A stretch of DNA of 64,000 nucleotides from an uncultured Phycisphaerales bacterium (GCA_963844715.1 CAWJPJ010000006.1:416001-480000), one strand, 5' to 3'. Shown: positions 1 through 11,230, counted from the stretch's first letter. Notes: generated by a model from the letters alone, not told the origin. Made by a program: numbers and translations.

Positions 1-692
1 AGGCGGGTGGAAATCTTCGCATCGGGGGAACCGTCAGCGGGAACGTGAACCTCAACGGGTCGGGCGGGTCGATCGTCCATGCGGCACCGCCAGTGAACAT
101 GGCGACCCTGCAAACGCAAATGATCAATCTTTCGAATTCACTCAATTCGATGACGCCCAATAGCACCGTGACGCTCCCCGGCTCCCAGCCTTCCAACATC
201 ACCTTCAACGCAACTTTTGTAAACGGCGTTGCAGTCTTTGACGTGTCGGCGTCACAAATCTTTGAGAACGCCAATGCGCAACAGATTCTGCTGAATGTGG
301 GGTCGGCTTCGCCGACGGACAGCACGGTCATCATCAACGTCTCCGGCTCGGACATTAACTTCGACGATGGGAACATGGGAGCGGCGTTTGACGATTCATC
401 CTGGGCGAGCCAGGTGCTTTGGAATTTCAACGGGGCAACCACGTTGAACATCGCCAATTCACTGGATGTGAATCGAGAATTGTGGGGCTCGGTCCTGGCC
501 CCCAGCGCGATGACGACGCTGAGTTCCGACAGCCCGATCGATGGAACGGTGGTGGTGGGGAATGCCGATCTTCAGGGGGAAATTCATTTGCCGCAGTTTG
601 ATGGATCGGTGCCCGTGCCTGAGCCGACGACGGGGGCGATTGTGGGGTTGGGCGGCCTGCTGATGTTGCGGCGGCGAAATGCGGCAAAATGA
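1..692 (+). CDS. PEP-CTERM protein with choice-of-anchor A-like domain, 5'-truncated by the window edge
   Basis: C-terminal VPEPTT, TM helix and RRR tail; motifs TVIINVSG, VLWNF, GSVLAP, GEIH..F.G; Ser/Thr/Asn-rich. Confidence 0.85.
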   Translation, partial: AGGNLRIGGTVSGNVNLNGSGGSIVHAAPPVNMATLQTQMINLSNSLNSMTPNSTVTLPGSQPSNITFNATFVNGVAVFDVSASQIFENANAQQILLNVGSASPTDSTVIINVSGSDINFDDGNMGAAFDDSSWASQVLWNFNGATTLNIANSLDVNRELWGSVLAPSAMTTLSSDSPIDGTVVVGNADLQGEIHLPQFDGSVPVPEPTTGAIVGLGGLLMLRRRNAAK

Positions 693-766
693 TAGGTTGG
701 GGGATGGATCTTGTCGGCCAACGAATTGGCTTCGGATGACAGGCAGGACGAGAGCTTCGCGAACTC

Positions 767-2886
767 TCATGTAGAGCCCGGGGATATTTGAACTTCTTGT
801 TTTTCGCGTTGCCTTTGCCAAATGTTTCGCAACGCGCATTCAAGGCTCTTTGTGAAGCCGGCGGCGTCGAGAATTGGGGCGGCTTTCAGGCGATCACGCA
901 TCGAACTACGCAGCGACGCCAAATTCGCTCGGTCCTCGGCCAAGCTGCGGGCGATGGCGATATAATTCTCTTGCGAGGAGGCGATCCATTGTGGGAACCG
1001 CGCCTGAGTCAGGGTACTGGTGCTCATGCGGCTGGCGTAGGTTTTGCCCGCGAGCGTAATGACCGGCACCCCCTGCCAAAGCGCGTCGCAGGTCGTCGTG
1101 TGCCCGCTGAACGGAAATGGATCGAGTGCGATATCGATTTGGGAATAGTTGGCGAGATACACCTTTCGCGGTCGCTTGCCGATGAAACGCACGCGATCGG
1201 GGCCAAGCCCGAGCGATTCGAATAATCTGGCGACGCGCGGATCAGCGTCGTGCGCGGTGGGACCGAGAAGCAAAAGTCGTGAATCGGGAACCGTTCGCAG
1301 GAGTTCGGCCCAGGCCGCGACGACCGCCGCGCCGTGTTTTGTCGGGTTGTTCATGCAGCCGAAGGTGATATAGCCGTTGGATTCCACGGGGGGCGGCGCG
1401 ACATCCGGGGCGTAATCACTCGGGCCGTAAACAAAGAAGCTGGGATCAAGCCGGAGCAGCTTTTCGACGTAGAGATGATCCGTTGAGCCCGGAGGATCGG
1501 CGACGGTGTCGGTGATTCGATAATCCATCACCTCCATTCCCGTGGTGTGCTGGTAGCCGAGATAGGTCATCTGAATCGGCGCCGGCTTCCTGGCGAATAG
1601 AAGCAAGCGATTCCCGCCAATGTGACCCGCTAGATCGATGAGAATGTCGATCTCATCTTCGCGCACTTGCTTGGCCGCGGCCTCATCGTCGCTCAGAGAG
1701 ATATCGCGCCACTCGTGGGCGAACTGGCGGAATTGATCCGTTGTGGCGTCGGCGACCGTTCCGCTGGAATAGCAGGTGATATGGAACGACGCGCGATCGT
1801 GCGCGAGAATCATCGGCAGGCTGAAAAGGCTGACGGCGTGATCGCGAAAATGGCCGGAAACGTACCCGATGCGAAGCGGACGATCGGGATCGGATCGAGA
1901 ATAGGCGAGCGGATGCGCCGGCCGCAACGGGTCGGCAAAGCGCTCGGCCCAGTCGCGATGCTGCTGGGCGACCTCCACATCGTCGAGCGAGTCGTCGTAC
2001 AGAAGCGTGTAGAGAAAGTTCTGGTATTCGCCCAGGGTCGTGGCCATGTCCAGGGCCTTGGCGTAACAGTCGAGCGCCAGATCGACAAAACCGAGGTCTT
2101 TGTAAACAGTCCCGAGCACGGCATAGACTTCCGCTCGAGGCGAGGTTTTCAAAACCTCGAGGAGCAACTTTTCCGATTCCTGGGCATTCGCCAAACCGGC
2201 CAGAACGCTGGATAGATTGGTGTCGCGCGACATCGTTTTGCGGCTCGATTTTCAGGGCTTGATAGAGGGTCGCGGCGGACCGCAACGGCCGCCCGGTGAG
2301 TTCATGGACCAACGCCAGGCGAATCCACGCCTCGACACGCGACGGCTTCAATTTGGTCGTCCGCTCGAACAATTCTTCGGCTTGGTCGAGACGACGGTCC
2401 GACAGGCGGAGTGATCCGACTTCGAAACAAACGTCGCCGCTATTCGGGCAAGATTGCAGCGCCTCTTCGAGCGTTTGCGCGGAACCCTTTTCGTCGCCGA
2501 TTGCGCAAAGAGATGGCGAGATTCAGGCGCGGGTGATCGAAAGCGGGATCGATCGAAATCGCCAGCCGATATTGCTCAATTGCCTCATCGAATCGACTGA
2601 GTTTATGCAGACAATTCGCCAAATTGGCGTTGTAAGGCGCTTTGGGGACATCCTGAAAGGTTATGGCGGCGCGTAGAAGCTTAATCGCCCGCTCGATATC
2701 GCCCCACGTTTCATAGAGCAGGGCGAGCAAGTGCAGAGCATCCGAATTGCGCGGGTCGGCGCGAATGATGTCGCCGATAGAGCCGCGCGGCCTCGGCGGT
2801 CTCACCCAACTCCTGAAGCCTAATGCCTCTGGCGAGTTTACCTTGGACGTCGCGCCTGAGTTGTAACTTCCGCATAGCGTGGGCAA
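767..2886 (-). CDS. TPR-containing GT41 (SPINDLY/O-GlcNAc transferase-like) glycosyltransferase, N-terminal TPR region frameshifted
   Basis: RPLRIGYVSGHF, DILIDLAGH, APIQMTYLGY, DIALDPFPFSGHTTTCDALWQGVPV in 767-2233; TPR fragments continue in the 2233-2372 and 2440-2886 frames; start uncertain. Confidence 0.85.
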
Positions 2887-3042
2887 ATCTTAACGAACGG
2901 CGCAGGATGTGGACAAAAGAATCCTGCGCGACGGAGCAATATTAAGGAGATGCTATTGGAAAACTAATCATTTCCTGCGTTTTGACCCCTAAGTTTTTGG
3001 CGGAGATAAGGGTAGGCAAAACGTACTAGGGTAGGAGAGAGA

Positions 3043-4308
3043 ATGTACAATTCGATTTTGGACCGTCGCAAGATGAAGGTGGCGGCGCTGGGTCTGGCAT
3101 TGACCGCTCCCATCTCGGGATTTGAATCGATATCCAAGGGCGGCGTAACTACACCCGGCGATTTGGTTGTGGAGCAGGTCGGGAACGGGTCGGCTGCGCT
3201 CACCAGTGTCAGCACAGCCGTTTTCCTGGATATTTTCAAACCGGCCGTAAGCGGGAGCGACACGGTCACGTTGAGCCCGGAAACAACGGCGCAGCTTGCG
3301 TTACCGACCACGTTAACCTCAAACGGGCTTGCATCAAATCCGCTCACCACGAGCGGCTCGGCGTCATCCGAAGGGGAAATCACGGTTTCCTCAAATGGCG
3401 CCACGATTCTGGTCCCCGGATACGACGCGAACGTCGGCACGACCGGAATTGCAAGCAGCAACTCGACGACCGACCCGCGCGGGGTGGCACTCGTCTCAAC
3501 CTCGACCGGGGCGATCGATACCAGCACCACGACGACGGGATTCAACGGAAATAACATCCGCAGCGCGGTGCTATTCAATAGTACGACCGTGTATGCGGCC
3601 GGCGCTACGACGCCGGGCGTGACGGCGCTGACCGTCGATGCGAACGCCACAACCAACGGGGCCGGCGTCGAACTCGAGAACGCGATGACCAACATCCGGC
3701 AACTCGAGATTTTCGGGGGCACCCTTTACCTATCCGACAGCAATGGCAGCGCGCTTCGCCTGGCGAGCATCACTGGATTCAATGGCACGGCGAATTCGGC
3801 GACGACAACGGAATTGGCCGGACTTTCGGCGAATAACGCGTCGAGTCCCACGGGGACGAAAGTATATTCGCCATACAGCTTTGCCTTCGCCAATAACGCC
3901 AATACGCTTTATCTCGTCGACGAAGGGAGCGGAGGCGGCAACAACTCGGGTAATGGCGTGGTCGAAAAGTTTATCCTTTCAAGCGGCACGTACACTCAGG
4001 ATGGTTTTGTGAACATCGGCAACGACGCCACTGGGCTTGCCGTTGAATCGCTTACCGGTTCCAGCGGGTCGTTCGAAGCCATCTTCGCGACGAATCCGTC
4101 GAGTATCTACGAGATCAGCGATACAGGGGGCTCGATAATGGGCGATACGCTCAATACGTTGGAGGCTGCCGGCACCAACGAAGGATATCGCGGAATCGTC
4201 GTGGTCCCCGAACCGACAACCCTGTCGATTCTCGCATTGGCGGGCTGCGCGGTACTGCCAAGACGCAGGCGGCGACGCCCCGCCCCGGAACCGGCGCGGA
4301 CTTCCTAA
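3043..4308 (+). CDS. PEP-CTERM surface protein, Ser/Thr/Gly-rich
   Basis: N-terminal signal-like segment; C-terminal VPEPTTLSILALAGCAVLPRRRRRR; RBS-like AGGAG upstream. Confidence 0.9.
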   Translation: MYNSILDRRKMKVAALGLALTAPISGFESISKGGVTTPGDLVVEQVGNGSAALTSVSTAVFLDIFKPAVSGSDTVTLSPETTAQLALPTTLTSNGLASNPLTTSGSASSEGEITVSSNGATILVPGYDANVGTTGIASSNSTTDPRGVALVSTSTGAIDTSTTTTGFNGNNIRSAVLFNSTTVYAAGATTPGVTALTVDANATTNGAGVELENAMTNIRQLEIFGGTLYLSDSNGSALRLASITGFNGTANSATTTELAGLSANNASSPTGTKVYSPYSFAFANNANTLYLVDEGSGGGNNSGNGVVEKFILSSGTYTQDGFVNIGNDATGLAVESLTGSSGSFEAIFATNPSSIYEISDTGGSIMGDTLNTLEAAGTNEGYRGIVVVPEPTTLSILALAGCAVLPRRRRRRPAPEPARTS

Positions 4309-4531
4309 ATATCCGTGCGGCGGATCGACGGTGCGCATGAAGAAATGGCACTGCGCGGCGATGGGAGTGCGCGATGGTTGCGGCTTATCTCAGGGATTGG
4401 CCCTGCGATCGGCGCTCCTGAACCGGACCCCCCAACCATTTTGATTTCGTAGGCGCTTGCCGTTCTTCGTGAATTGTCCATCCGTTTGAATTGCGCGTTT
4501 TCGGGACCGCGGGATTATGTCGAGTTCCGCA

Positions 4532-6500
4532 TCAGACCCCCGCGCACCAATGTTTCCACATTTGGCGATAGGCTACCTCGATGTTGCGGGCGAAGCGTGG
4601 GGCATCCACGAGGGGCGACTTGGACATGAGATCGCGAAGCGTGGCGCGCAGATTGGCCAGTCGCGGGAGATCATTGGCCAAGGCCGCGGCTTTTTCGATG
4701 TAGTCTCGCTCGTTTGTTGCGATGAGGTTTTCGAGACCCAGGTTGGCCAGGAGGGAGACGCCACCCCTGCCGCCGGCGGTTGCGCCGGCGAGGGTGATCA
4801 GCGGCAGGCCCATCCAAAGGGCATCCATGCTTGTCGTATGACCCGTGTGCGGGAACGGATCGAGATAGATGTCCATCTGGTGGTGAAGTTTGAGGTACTC
4901 AGTGCCTTGGGGCCAAAGGGAGTAAAGAATCAGCCGAGCCTTGTCGATTCCTTTTGTTGCGAAAAAGTCGATGACGCGGCGCTGCGTTTCACCATCGGGG
5001 CAGCGCAGGAAAAGGCGCGAGTTGGGCACAGCGGTTAGAAGGCGGCTCCAGGTTTCCAATACCGGCGGCGTGACTTTGCAAAAGTTGTTCAGGCTGCCGA
5101 ACGTAATAAACCCGTTGCGCAGCGGGGAGTTCGTTCACCGGCGGGGAATCGGTCGGCGCCTCGAAGACCAGGTAGCACTCGGGCAATCGGATCGTCTTCT
5201 CGACGTAATGCCCCTCGTGAAAACCCGGCGGGTCGATGTGTGCGTCGGTAATGCGATACTCGATCGTGCTCAAACCTGTCGTGGCCTGGTTGCATAAATA
5301 GGTCGTTTGGACGGGCGCGGGTTTGCGAGCGAAAACCAGCAGCCGGTTGCTGGCCATGTGGGAGACGAGATCGACGAGGACGTCGATTCTATCTTGCCGA
5401 ATCAGATCGGCGACTTTTTCGTCGGTCAGCCCGACGAGGTTGCGCCAATTGTCGCTCGTGCGCTCGCATTGCCGCGTCATGTCGTCCGGCCGTTTCACAT
5501 CCGAGTAGCAAAACGTCTGGTATTGCGCGCGATCGTGATGTTTCAGGAGCGGGAGCATGGAATAGCCGTTGGTGTGATGGCGGAAATTTGGGGAGATGTA
5601 CCCGATGCGCAGCGGGCGGTCGGGGTTGCGATCATTTTTCCATGGCTGAATCTGCGAGAGGAGCGGGCTCGCATGCCGATCATTCCAGCCGACGGCCTCG
5701 GCGCGAATTTCCCCGGCCGTCGCACCGGCGAGGAAGCACAGGTCATAAATGAGATTGCTGTGAAGCTGCCGGTCGCCCGGGGCATGCGCAATCGCCTGGC
5801 GGAGGACAGCAATCGACTCGGCCATCTGCCCTTTGGCCTTGAGCACACTGGCCAGATTATTCAGCGCCCGCGCGAAGTTCGGCTGCAAATCAATCGCGCG
5901 CCCAAACGCGGCGGCTGCCTCATCCAACTGACGCTTCTCCCGCAGCGCGGTGCCGAGATTGTTAAAAGCCTCGGGGAAGCGATTGCGCAGGGCGATCGCC
6001 TGCCGATACGCGGCGATCGCGTCTTCGAGAAGTCCGGCGTCCTTCAGCGCGTTGCCAAGATTGTTGAAGGCGTCCGGATCGCTGGGACGAAGGGCGGTGG
6101 CGGCCCGAAAGGCGGCAATCGCCTCGTCGAATCGCCCCACCTTTCGCAAGGCAATTCCAAGATTATTGTGTGCTTCGAAATAAGACGGGCGCAGGGCGAC
6201 GGCCTGACGATAGGCCCGCACCGCCTCTTCGGGCTCCGGGCCGTTTACCAGGGCGTTGCCTAGATTGTTGTGCGCCTCGGCATAGTCGGGCCTGAGGCTG
6301 ATCGCGTGACGAATCAAACTCATCGCCGATTGCGTGCGCCCGGCTTGCGCTTCAACGATGCCAAGATGATGCAGGGCTTCGGCACACTTTGGGTCGCGCT
6401 GAAGAATCTCCTGGTACAACCGCGCGGCTTCGCCGAGGCGCCCGGCCTGGTGGTGCTTGAGGGCCAAATCGAAAGTCTGTTCAACGGTTTGATTCGTCAT
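4532..6500 (-). CDS. TPR-containing GT41 (SPINDLY-like) glycosyltransferase, frameshift near 5110
   Basis: Multiple TPRs (AEAHNNLGNAL), RPLRIGYISPNF, DIYLDPFPHTGHTTSMDALWMG in the second frame. Confidence 0.9.
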
Positions 6501-6687
6501 AAGGTCGACGCCATGACCTGGCGCGGGTCATCGGCCAGTCGGCTATAGTCTTCACGTACTTAGTGGTGTTGGTCAATAGGCAGCGGCGATGACGAACGGG
6601 AATGCGCTTGCCCCGGTTCAAATTAGGGAAATAACGCAACGAATGACGATCCGATAGTAGCCAGGGACCCATTCTTGACCGCTCGGT

Positions 6688-7644
6688 TTACTTTGCGGCT
6701 CGTCTTCTCCGGCCGCTCATCAGGTAGACCGATGCTCGCAATTCGATGAGCGGATCAGCGGAGGCGTCGATCCCGGGGACTCTGGGGACGGAATCAAAGA
6801 TCAATTGCTTCTGCTCGTCGGCATCGTTCATCTTCAATTTGTCGAGAACGATTTTGCCGAATTCGATCGTTTGACGATCGGCGGGCCAGCGGGCACAGGG
6901 GTCGTCGGTGGGGTCGCCGGGGTTGGCCAATTGCACCATGATGCGGAATTCGATCGGGCCGCGGGAGAGGCGATCTTTCAACTCGTCGAAAAGGTAATTC
7001 GGGCCTTTGGTCTTGGCGGCGTCGGATTCGAGGTATTCGTTGCCCAGCGCGGGGACGACGCGGTATCTCCCGAAGCGGGTTGCGCCGGCCGCGTTAGTGA
7101 ACTTGTACGCCGAGATCGCGAAATAAGTTTGCCTGGCGAAACTCGCCGGGAGCGCCCTGGAAGCCTGCACAAACGCCAGGGACGCAGGATGCGACCCGAG
7201 GAATTTTTCGATCGGCTTGGGATTTTTCGGATCAGACGGCGTGAAACGATCGCTCGTAGCCACGGCGGTCAGGAACTGGAGAAATTCTTCGCCGTTACGA
7301 GCCGGGAACGCGTCGGTGGAATGGGCGATGATGTCGGTGTGGCTGTGCTCGGCGAGGTGAAAACGAGTGACCATGCCGCGTGGGAAGGCATCCGCGATGT
7401 TGTCGGGCACGTCGGGAATGCCAGGCGAATCGGAAAATCTTACGGTAACAGGGGTTGAGGGCCGCTGAATATGCGGAGCCATGGTCAGCGACGCGGCCTG
7501 CGGCGACGGAGTGAACGTCCCCGTCACCAGCGCCCCCTTGGCATGAGCCGGACGGAACCCGGGATGATAGCCGAAAATGGCGTCGAATTGTTCGAGGATT
7601 TTGTGGCTAAGGGAGAGAAGTCTTTCATCGGTGGGTAAGGGCAT
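6688..7644 (-). CDS. Catalase-related peroxidase (short catalase-domain, SrpA-like)
   Basis: RPAHAKG, VTVRFS, PRGM, DPLIELRASVY motifs. Confidence 0.9.
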   Translation of the reverse strand: MPLPTDERLLSLSHKILEQFDAIFGYHPGFRPAHAKGALVTGTFTPSPQAASLTMAPHIQRPSTPVTVRFSDSPGIPDVPDNIADAFPRGMVTRFHLAEHSHTDIIAHSTDAFPARNGEEFLQFLTAVATSDRFTPSDPKNPKPIEKFLGSHPASLAFVQASRALPASFARQTYFAISAYKFTNAAGATRFGRYRVVPALGNEYLESDAAKTKGPNYLFDELKDRLSRGPIEFRIMVQLANPGDPTDDPCARWPADRQTIEFGKIVLDKLKMNDADEQKQLIFDSVPRVPGIDASADPLIELRASVYLMSGRRRRAAK

Positions 7645-7875
7645 GGGGCCTCCTTCAAAGAGATTGCCGACGGACCGGGCGCTAACAGCACGACGACGAG
7701 AAGTTTAGGCGCGGGAGTAAGGGAATTTCGAGATCGGAATTTGATAATTCTGTTAGCTAGGGGAATCGACAAGATTGTGATCGGGCTGCTGCAATGAGCC
7801 TGGTCGCCGCCGATAAAGGCACTCCTCGGAATCGCTTTTGCGTGCTCCAAGCCTTGCGGCTGTATACTTTCTCCC

Positions 7876-8658
7876 ATGAAGTTCCTGAATCGCCTGGAGC
7901 GAAGCATCGGGCGATATGCCATTCATAATGTGACGCTTGGATTGGTGGTGCTTCAGGGCGTCATGTGGGTGCTGATGCAGGGGCAGCCGGGGATTGCGGA
8001 GAATCTTGTTCTCGAGCGGTCGCTCATCCTGGGCGGCCAATGGTGGCGGCTCTTCACGTTCATCTTTCTTCCCCCGGCAAACAATGCGATTTTCCTGTTC
8101 TTCGCGCTCTGGCTCCTCTATCTCATGGGCACGGCCCTGGAAAACCAATGGGGCGCGTTTCGATTTAATCTTTATCTGCTCATCGGATACCTGGCGACCG
8201 TCGGGTCGGTCTTCCTCGCGCCCGAGGGCGTCGCGACCAACGCTTTTCTCACCGGGTCGATCTTTCTGGCGTTCGCCTATCTCTATCCCGAATTTCCCAT
8301 CATGCTGTTTTTCATTTTGCCCATAAAGGTCAAGTGGATTGCCCTGGTGACGTGGATCTTTTACTTCGTCATGTTTGCCATGGGGGGCTGGCTGACCAGG
8401 ATGCTGATCGTCGCGTCGGTACTGAATTTCCTGCTATTCTTTGGCGTGGACATCGCGCAAAACGTAAAGCTTGGCCACCGGCGAATGGTGCGCAAGATGG
8501 GAACGCTGGCCGTGCAGGATGATGCGATCAATCGCTGCGTGATTTGTGGGGTGACGGAGAAGACCGATCGCAAGATGGAGTTTCGGTATTGCCCCGAGTG
8601 CGCGGGGACGCCGTGCTATTGCATGAAGCACCTGGCGGGGCATGTGCATAGGAAATAG
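7876..8658 (+). CDS. Rhomboid-superfamily-like membrane protein with C-terminal Cys/His zinc finger
   Basis: QWWRLFTFIF (WR motif), about 6 hydrophobic helices, C-terminal CxxC...CxxC...CxCxxH. Confidence 0.7.
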   Translation: MKFLNRLERSIGRYAIHNVTLGLVVLQGVMWVLMQGQPGIAENLVLERSLILGGQWWRLFTFIFLPPANNAIFLFFALWLLYLMGTALENQWGAFRFNLYLLIGYLATVGSVFLAPEGVATNAFLTGSIFLAFAYLYPEFPIMLFFILPIKVKWIALVTWIFYFVMFAMGGWLTRMLIVASVLNFLLFFGVDIAQNVKLGHRRMVRKMGTLAVQDDAINRCVICGVTEKTDRKMEFRYCPECAGTPCYCMKHLAGHVHRK

Positions 8659-8774
8659 GGGATGGGGGCCGCGGGATTAGCGCCGTGGAGAGGGGGAACG
8701 GAGCGTTTACCCGCGGAGAATCCCCGATGGTGTGAGATTGTTTAGCGACAGATTATTTTTTTGTTATCCCGATA

Positions 8775-8820
8775 ATCTACGAACATTTTCGTTGACTCAA
8801 CGAAACTCTTCGTAGATAGT
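8775..8820 (+). promoter_or_regulatory. Tandem BlaI-type operators overlapping a sigma70-like promoter
   Basis: TCTACGAA-N4-TTCGTTGA and TCAACGAA-N4-TTCGTAGA; TTGACT(8792)-17 bp-GATAGT(8815). Confidence 0.75.
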
Positions 8821-8828
8821 GCATCTAT

Positions 8829-9227
8829 ATGGCCGGAACAGACCTCAAAAGACCGACCGACGCGGAACTCACCCTGCTTCAAATGCTTTGGAAACGCGGC
8901 CCCTCGACGGTCCGCGAACTGCACGATGCAATCGCGGCATCCGATCCGGATCGCGCAGTGGGGTATACCACGGCGCTGAAGCTGCTGCAGATCATGACCG
9001 TTAAAGGGCTGGTGCTTCGGGTGTTGGCCGGCCGGCAGCATATCTATCGGGCGGCCCGTCCGGCAGGACAGACGCAAAAACAACTGGTCAAGGATCTCCT
9101 CCGCAGGGCGTTCGATAACTCCGCCGCATCCCTGGTGCTTCAGGCTCTGTCCGTCCGCCCGTCCAGCCCGGATGAACTCAAAGAAATCAGGCAGCTGATC
9201 AACAAATTGGAAATGGAAGGCAGATGA
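8829..9227 (+). CDS. BlaI/MecI/CopY family transcriptional repressor
   Basis: PTDAELTLLQMLWKRGPSTVRELH, GYTTALKLLQIMTVKGLV, AFDNSAASLV. Confidence 0.92.
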   Translation: MAGTDLKRPTDAELTLLQMLWKRGPSTVRELHDAIAASDPDRAVGYTTALKLLQIMTVKGLVLRVLAGRQHIYRAARPAGQTQKQLVKDLLRRAFDNSAASLVLQALSVRPSSPDELKEIRQLINKLEMEGR

Positions 9228-11230
9228 ACCCACATTTCAACCCGCTCCTGTTACGCCTCGGGCTGACCTTGGCGCACACTTTTTGGGAAGCAGCGGCCAT
9301 GGCGGCCGCACTATTCCTCGTGCTGGTGCTCCTGCGGCGGGCTGAGTCCGGGCTTCGCTACGCAGCGGCGATTTCCGGGATGGCATGCACATTGTTCGTG
9401 GCGGCGTTCACCTGGACAGAGCTGCCACTTCACCCCGTTGCCGGTGCCTTCCCGGTCGCGGCGGCGGTTTATATCCCCGCCGACCATTTTAAGCAGCACG
9501 ACGAAAACCCGCGGCGGCCGCTAACGCCATCCAGTAACGCTGCCGTGTCAATCGGCGCAATGCGGAATTGGCGGCTCGATCCAGCAATCGCCCTCACGTG
9601 GCTCGCTGTCGCGTGGCTGGCCGGCGTCGCTGCGATCGCATTGTTCCGTGTGACCGGGTGGTTCGTTCTTAGCAGGCGGCTGTCCATCGAAACGGCGCCG
9701 CTGGACGAGTTATGGAAAAATCGCCTCGCGGCACTTGAGCGGAACGCCGGAGTCGGCCGGGCAATCCGATGGCTCCAATCGGCAGACTCCGAAGTGCCGT
9801 ATGTCTTCGGCTGGCGCAGACCGACAATTGTCGTGCCGGTCGCGGCGCAAACCGTGCTCCCGAGCCGCGAATTGGAGGCCGTGCTTGGACACGAACTCGC
9901 CCACGTCCGGCGCGGCGATTACGTCATGAACCTTGTTCAGACGGCGATCGAAACGTTGTTCTTCTACCATCCGGCGGTGCTGTGGATGTCCGGGCAGGTT
10001 AGGGTGGAGCGAGAAAACTGCTGCGACGATCTCGGCGCGCGCATGGCCGGATCGATCACGACCTACGCAAAGGCGCTGGCCGACCTGGAGGCAATACGCC
10101 TACCCGGGGGCGGCGGCGCGCTTGCGGCGACGGGAACATCATTGCTGCCGCGGCTGCGCCGGTTGACGGGCCAAGGGCGGTCCGCCATCCCGTTCGGCGG
10201 GATGCTGCTGGCGGGATTGAGCGCGGCCCTGCTGGTGTTGCCGTTCCTGTCGGTCAAGCTGCTTGCAAGCACGCCGCCAAATCCCGGGTCATCCATCGCC
10301 CCATCGGCAAACCAGTTGCCCGGAGTCGATCCCCTCCTCAAACCTTATGTGCCCCCGGTAAAGCCAATGGGACCCGACTCCCAGTTGTTTCTGACCGGGT
10401 CAGGAACGATGGGTCGGCTTGCGGACCCGCTCATCGCGAAATTTGTGCTGATCAATCCCGGTGTCTATCACGAAAGCTCCCTGCGCGGAAGCGCATGGGT
10501 CGCAGACCAACTCGGCAGCGGCGAATACAACATCGGCCTGATGAGCCGGCCGATGAATGTTGCCGAGCACAAATTATTTCGCACCCGCATGAAGCATGAT
10601 CCGATCGAAATCATAATCGCCCGCGACGCGATCGTGGTCCTGGTAAACAAGGATAATCCGATTCCGGGTATAACGCTGCCGCAACTCGATGCGCTCTACG
10701 GGACCAATCGCCTGGCCGGCTACACGGGCGACGTGAAGACGTGGGGCGGACTGGGCCTGACGGGGAGTTGGGCGACGGTGGCGGTTTCGCCATACGGGCT
10801 CTTGGAAGAGGGCCAGGGGACGGTGGAGACCTTCCGGCGGATCGCGCTCAAGGGGGGCCCGATCAACAAGAACATCCACGACATTCCGTTCCCGGAAAAT
10901 GAGTTTGGTCAGGCGGTCGCCAAGGACCCCGCCGGAATTTCGTACAATATCGATCATCCTCCGGTCGAGGGCGCAAAGGCAATCGGCGTGGCCGCAAAAG
11001 CGGGCGAACCCTTTATAGCCGCCAGCCCGGAGACGATCGCGGACGGAAGTTATCCGCTCTCCCGAGGCCTTTACCTGTACCTCGCGGACAACACAGACAA
11101 GGCAGCCAATGAGTTTGTGAAATTCGTTCTGAGCCGCGACGGTCAAGCCGTCATCGCGCGAACCGGCGAGGCGATTCCAGTGCCGGCGATCGAAGTCGAC
11201 CAACAATTAAAAGACGCAAACATCCATTGA
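9224..11230 (+). CDS. BlaR1-like M56 metallopeptidase fused to a PstS-like substrate-binding domain
   Basis: HELAHVRRGD and ERENCCD; C-terminal GSGT, IGLMSR, IARDAIVVLVNKDNP, DGSYPLSRGLYLY; ATGA overlap with the blaI-like gene. Confidence 0.88.
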   Translation: MNPHFNPLLLRLGLTLAHTFWEAAAMAAALFLVLVLLRRAESGLRYAAAISGMACTLFVAAFTWTELPLHPVAGAFPVAAAVYIPADHFKQHDENPRRPLTPSSNAAVSIGAMRNWRLDPAIALTWLAVAWLAGVAAIALFRVTGWFVLSRRLSIETAPLDELWKNRLAALERNAGVGRAIRWLQSADSEVPYVFGWRRPTIVVPVAAQTVLPSRELEAVLGHELAHVRRGDYVMNLVQTAIETLFFYHPAVLWMSGQVRVERENCCDDLGARMAGSITTYAKALADLEAIRLPGGGGALAATGTSLLPRLRRLTGQGRSAIPFGGMLLAGLSAALLVLPFLSVKLLASTPPNPGSSIAPSANQLPGVDPLLKPYVPPVKPMGPDSQLFLTGSGTMGRLADPLIAKFVLINPGVYHESSLRGSAWVADQLGSGEYNIGLMSRPMNVAEHKLFRTRMKHDPIEIIIARDAIVVLVNKDNPIPGITLPQLDALYGTNRLAGYTGDVKTWGGLGLTGSWATVAVSPYGLLEEGQGTVETFRRIALKGGPINKNIHDIPFPENEFGQAVAKDPAGISYNIDHPPVEGAKAIGVAAKAGEPFIAASPETIADGSYPLSRGLYLYLADNTDKAANEFVKFVLSRDGQAVIARTGEAIPVPAIEVDQQLKDANIH

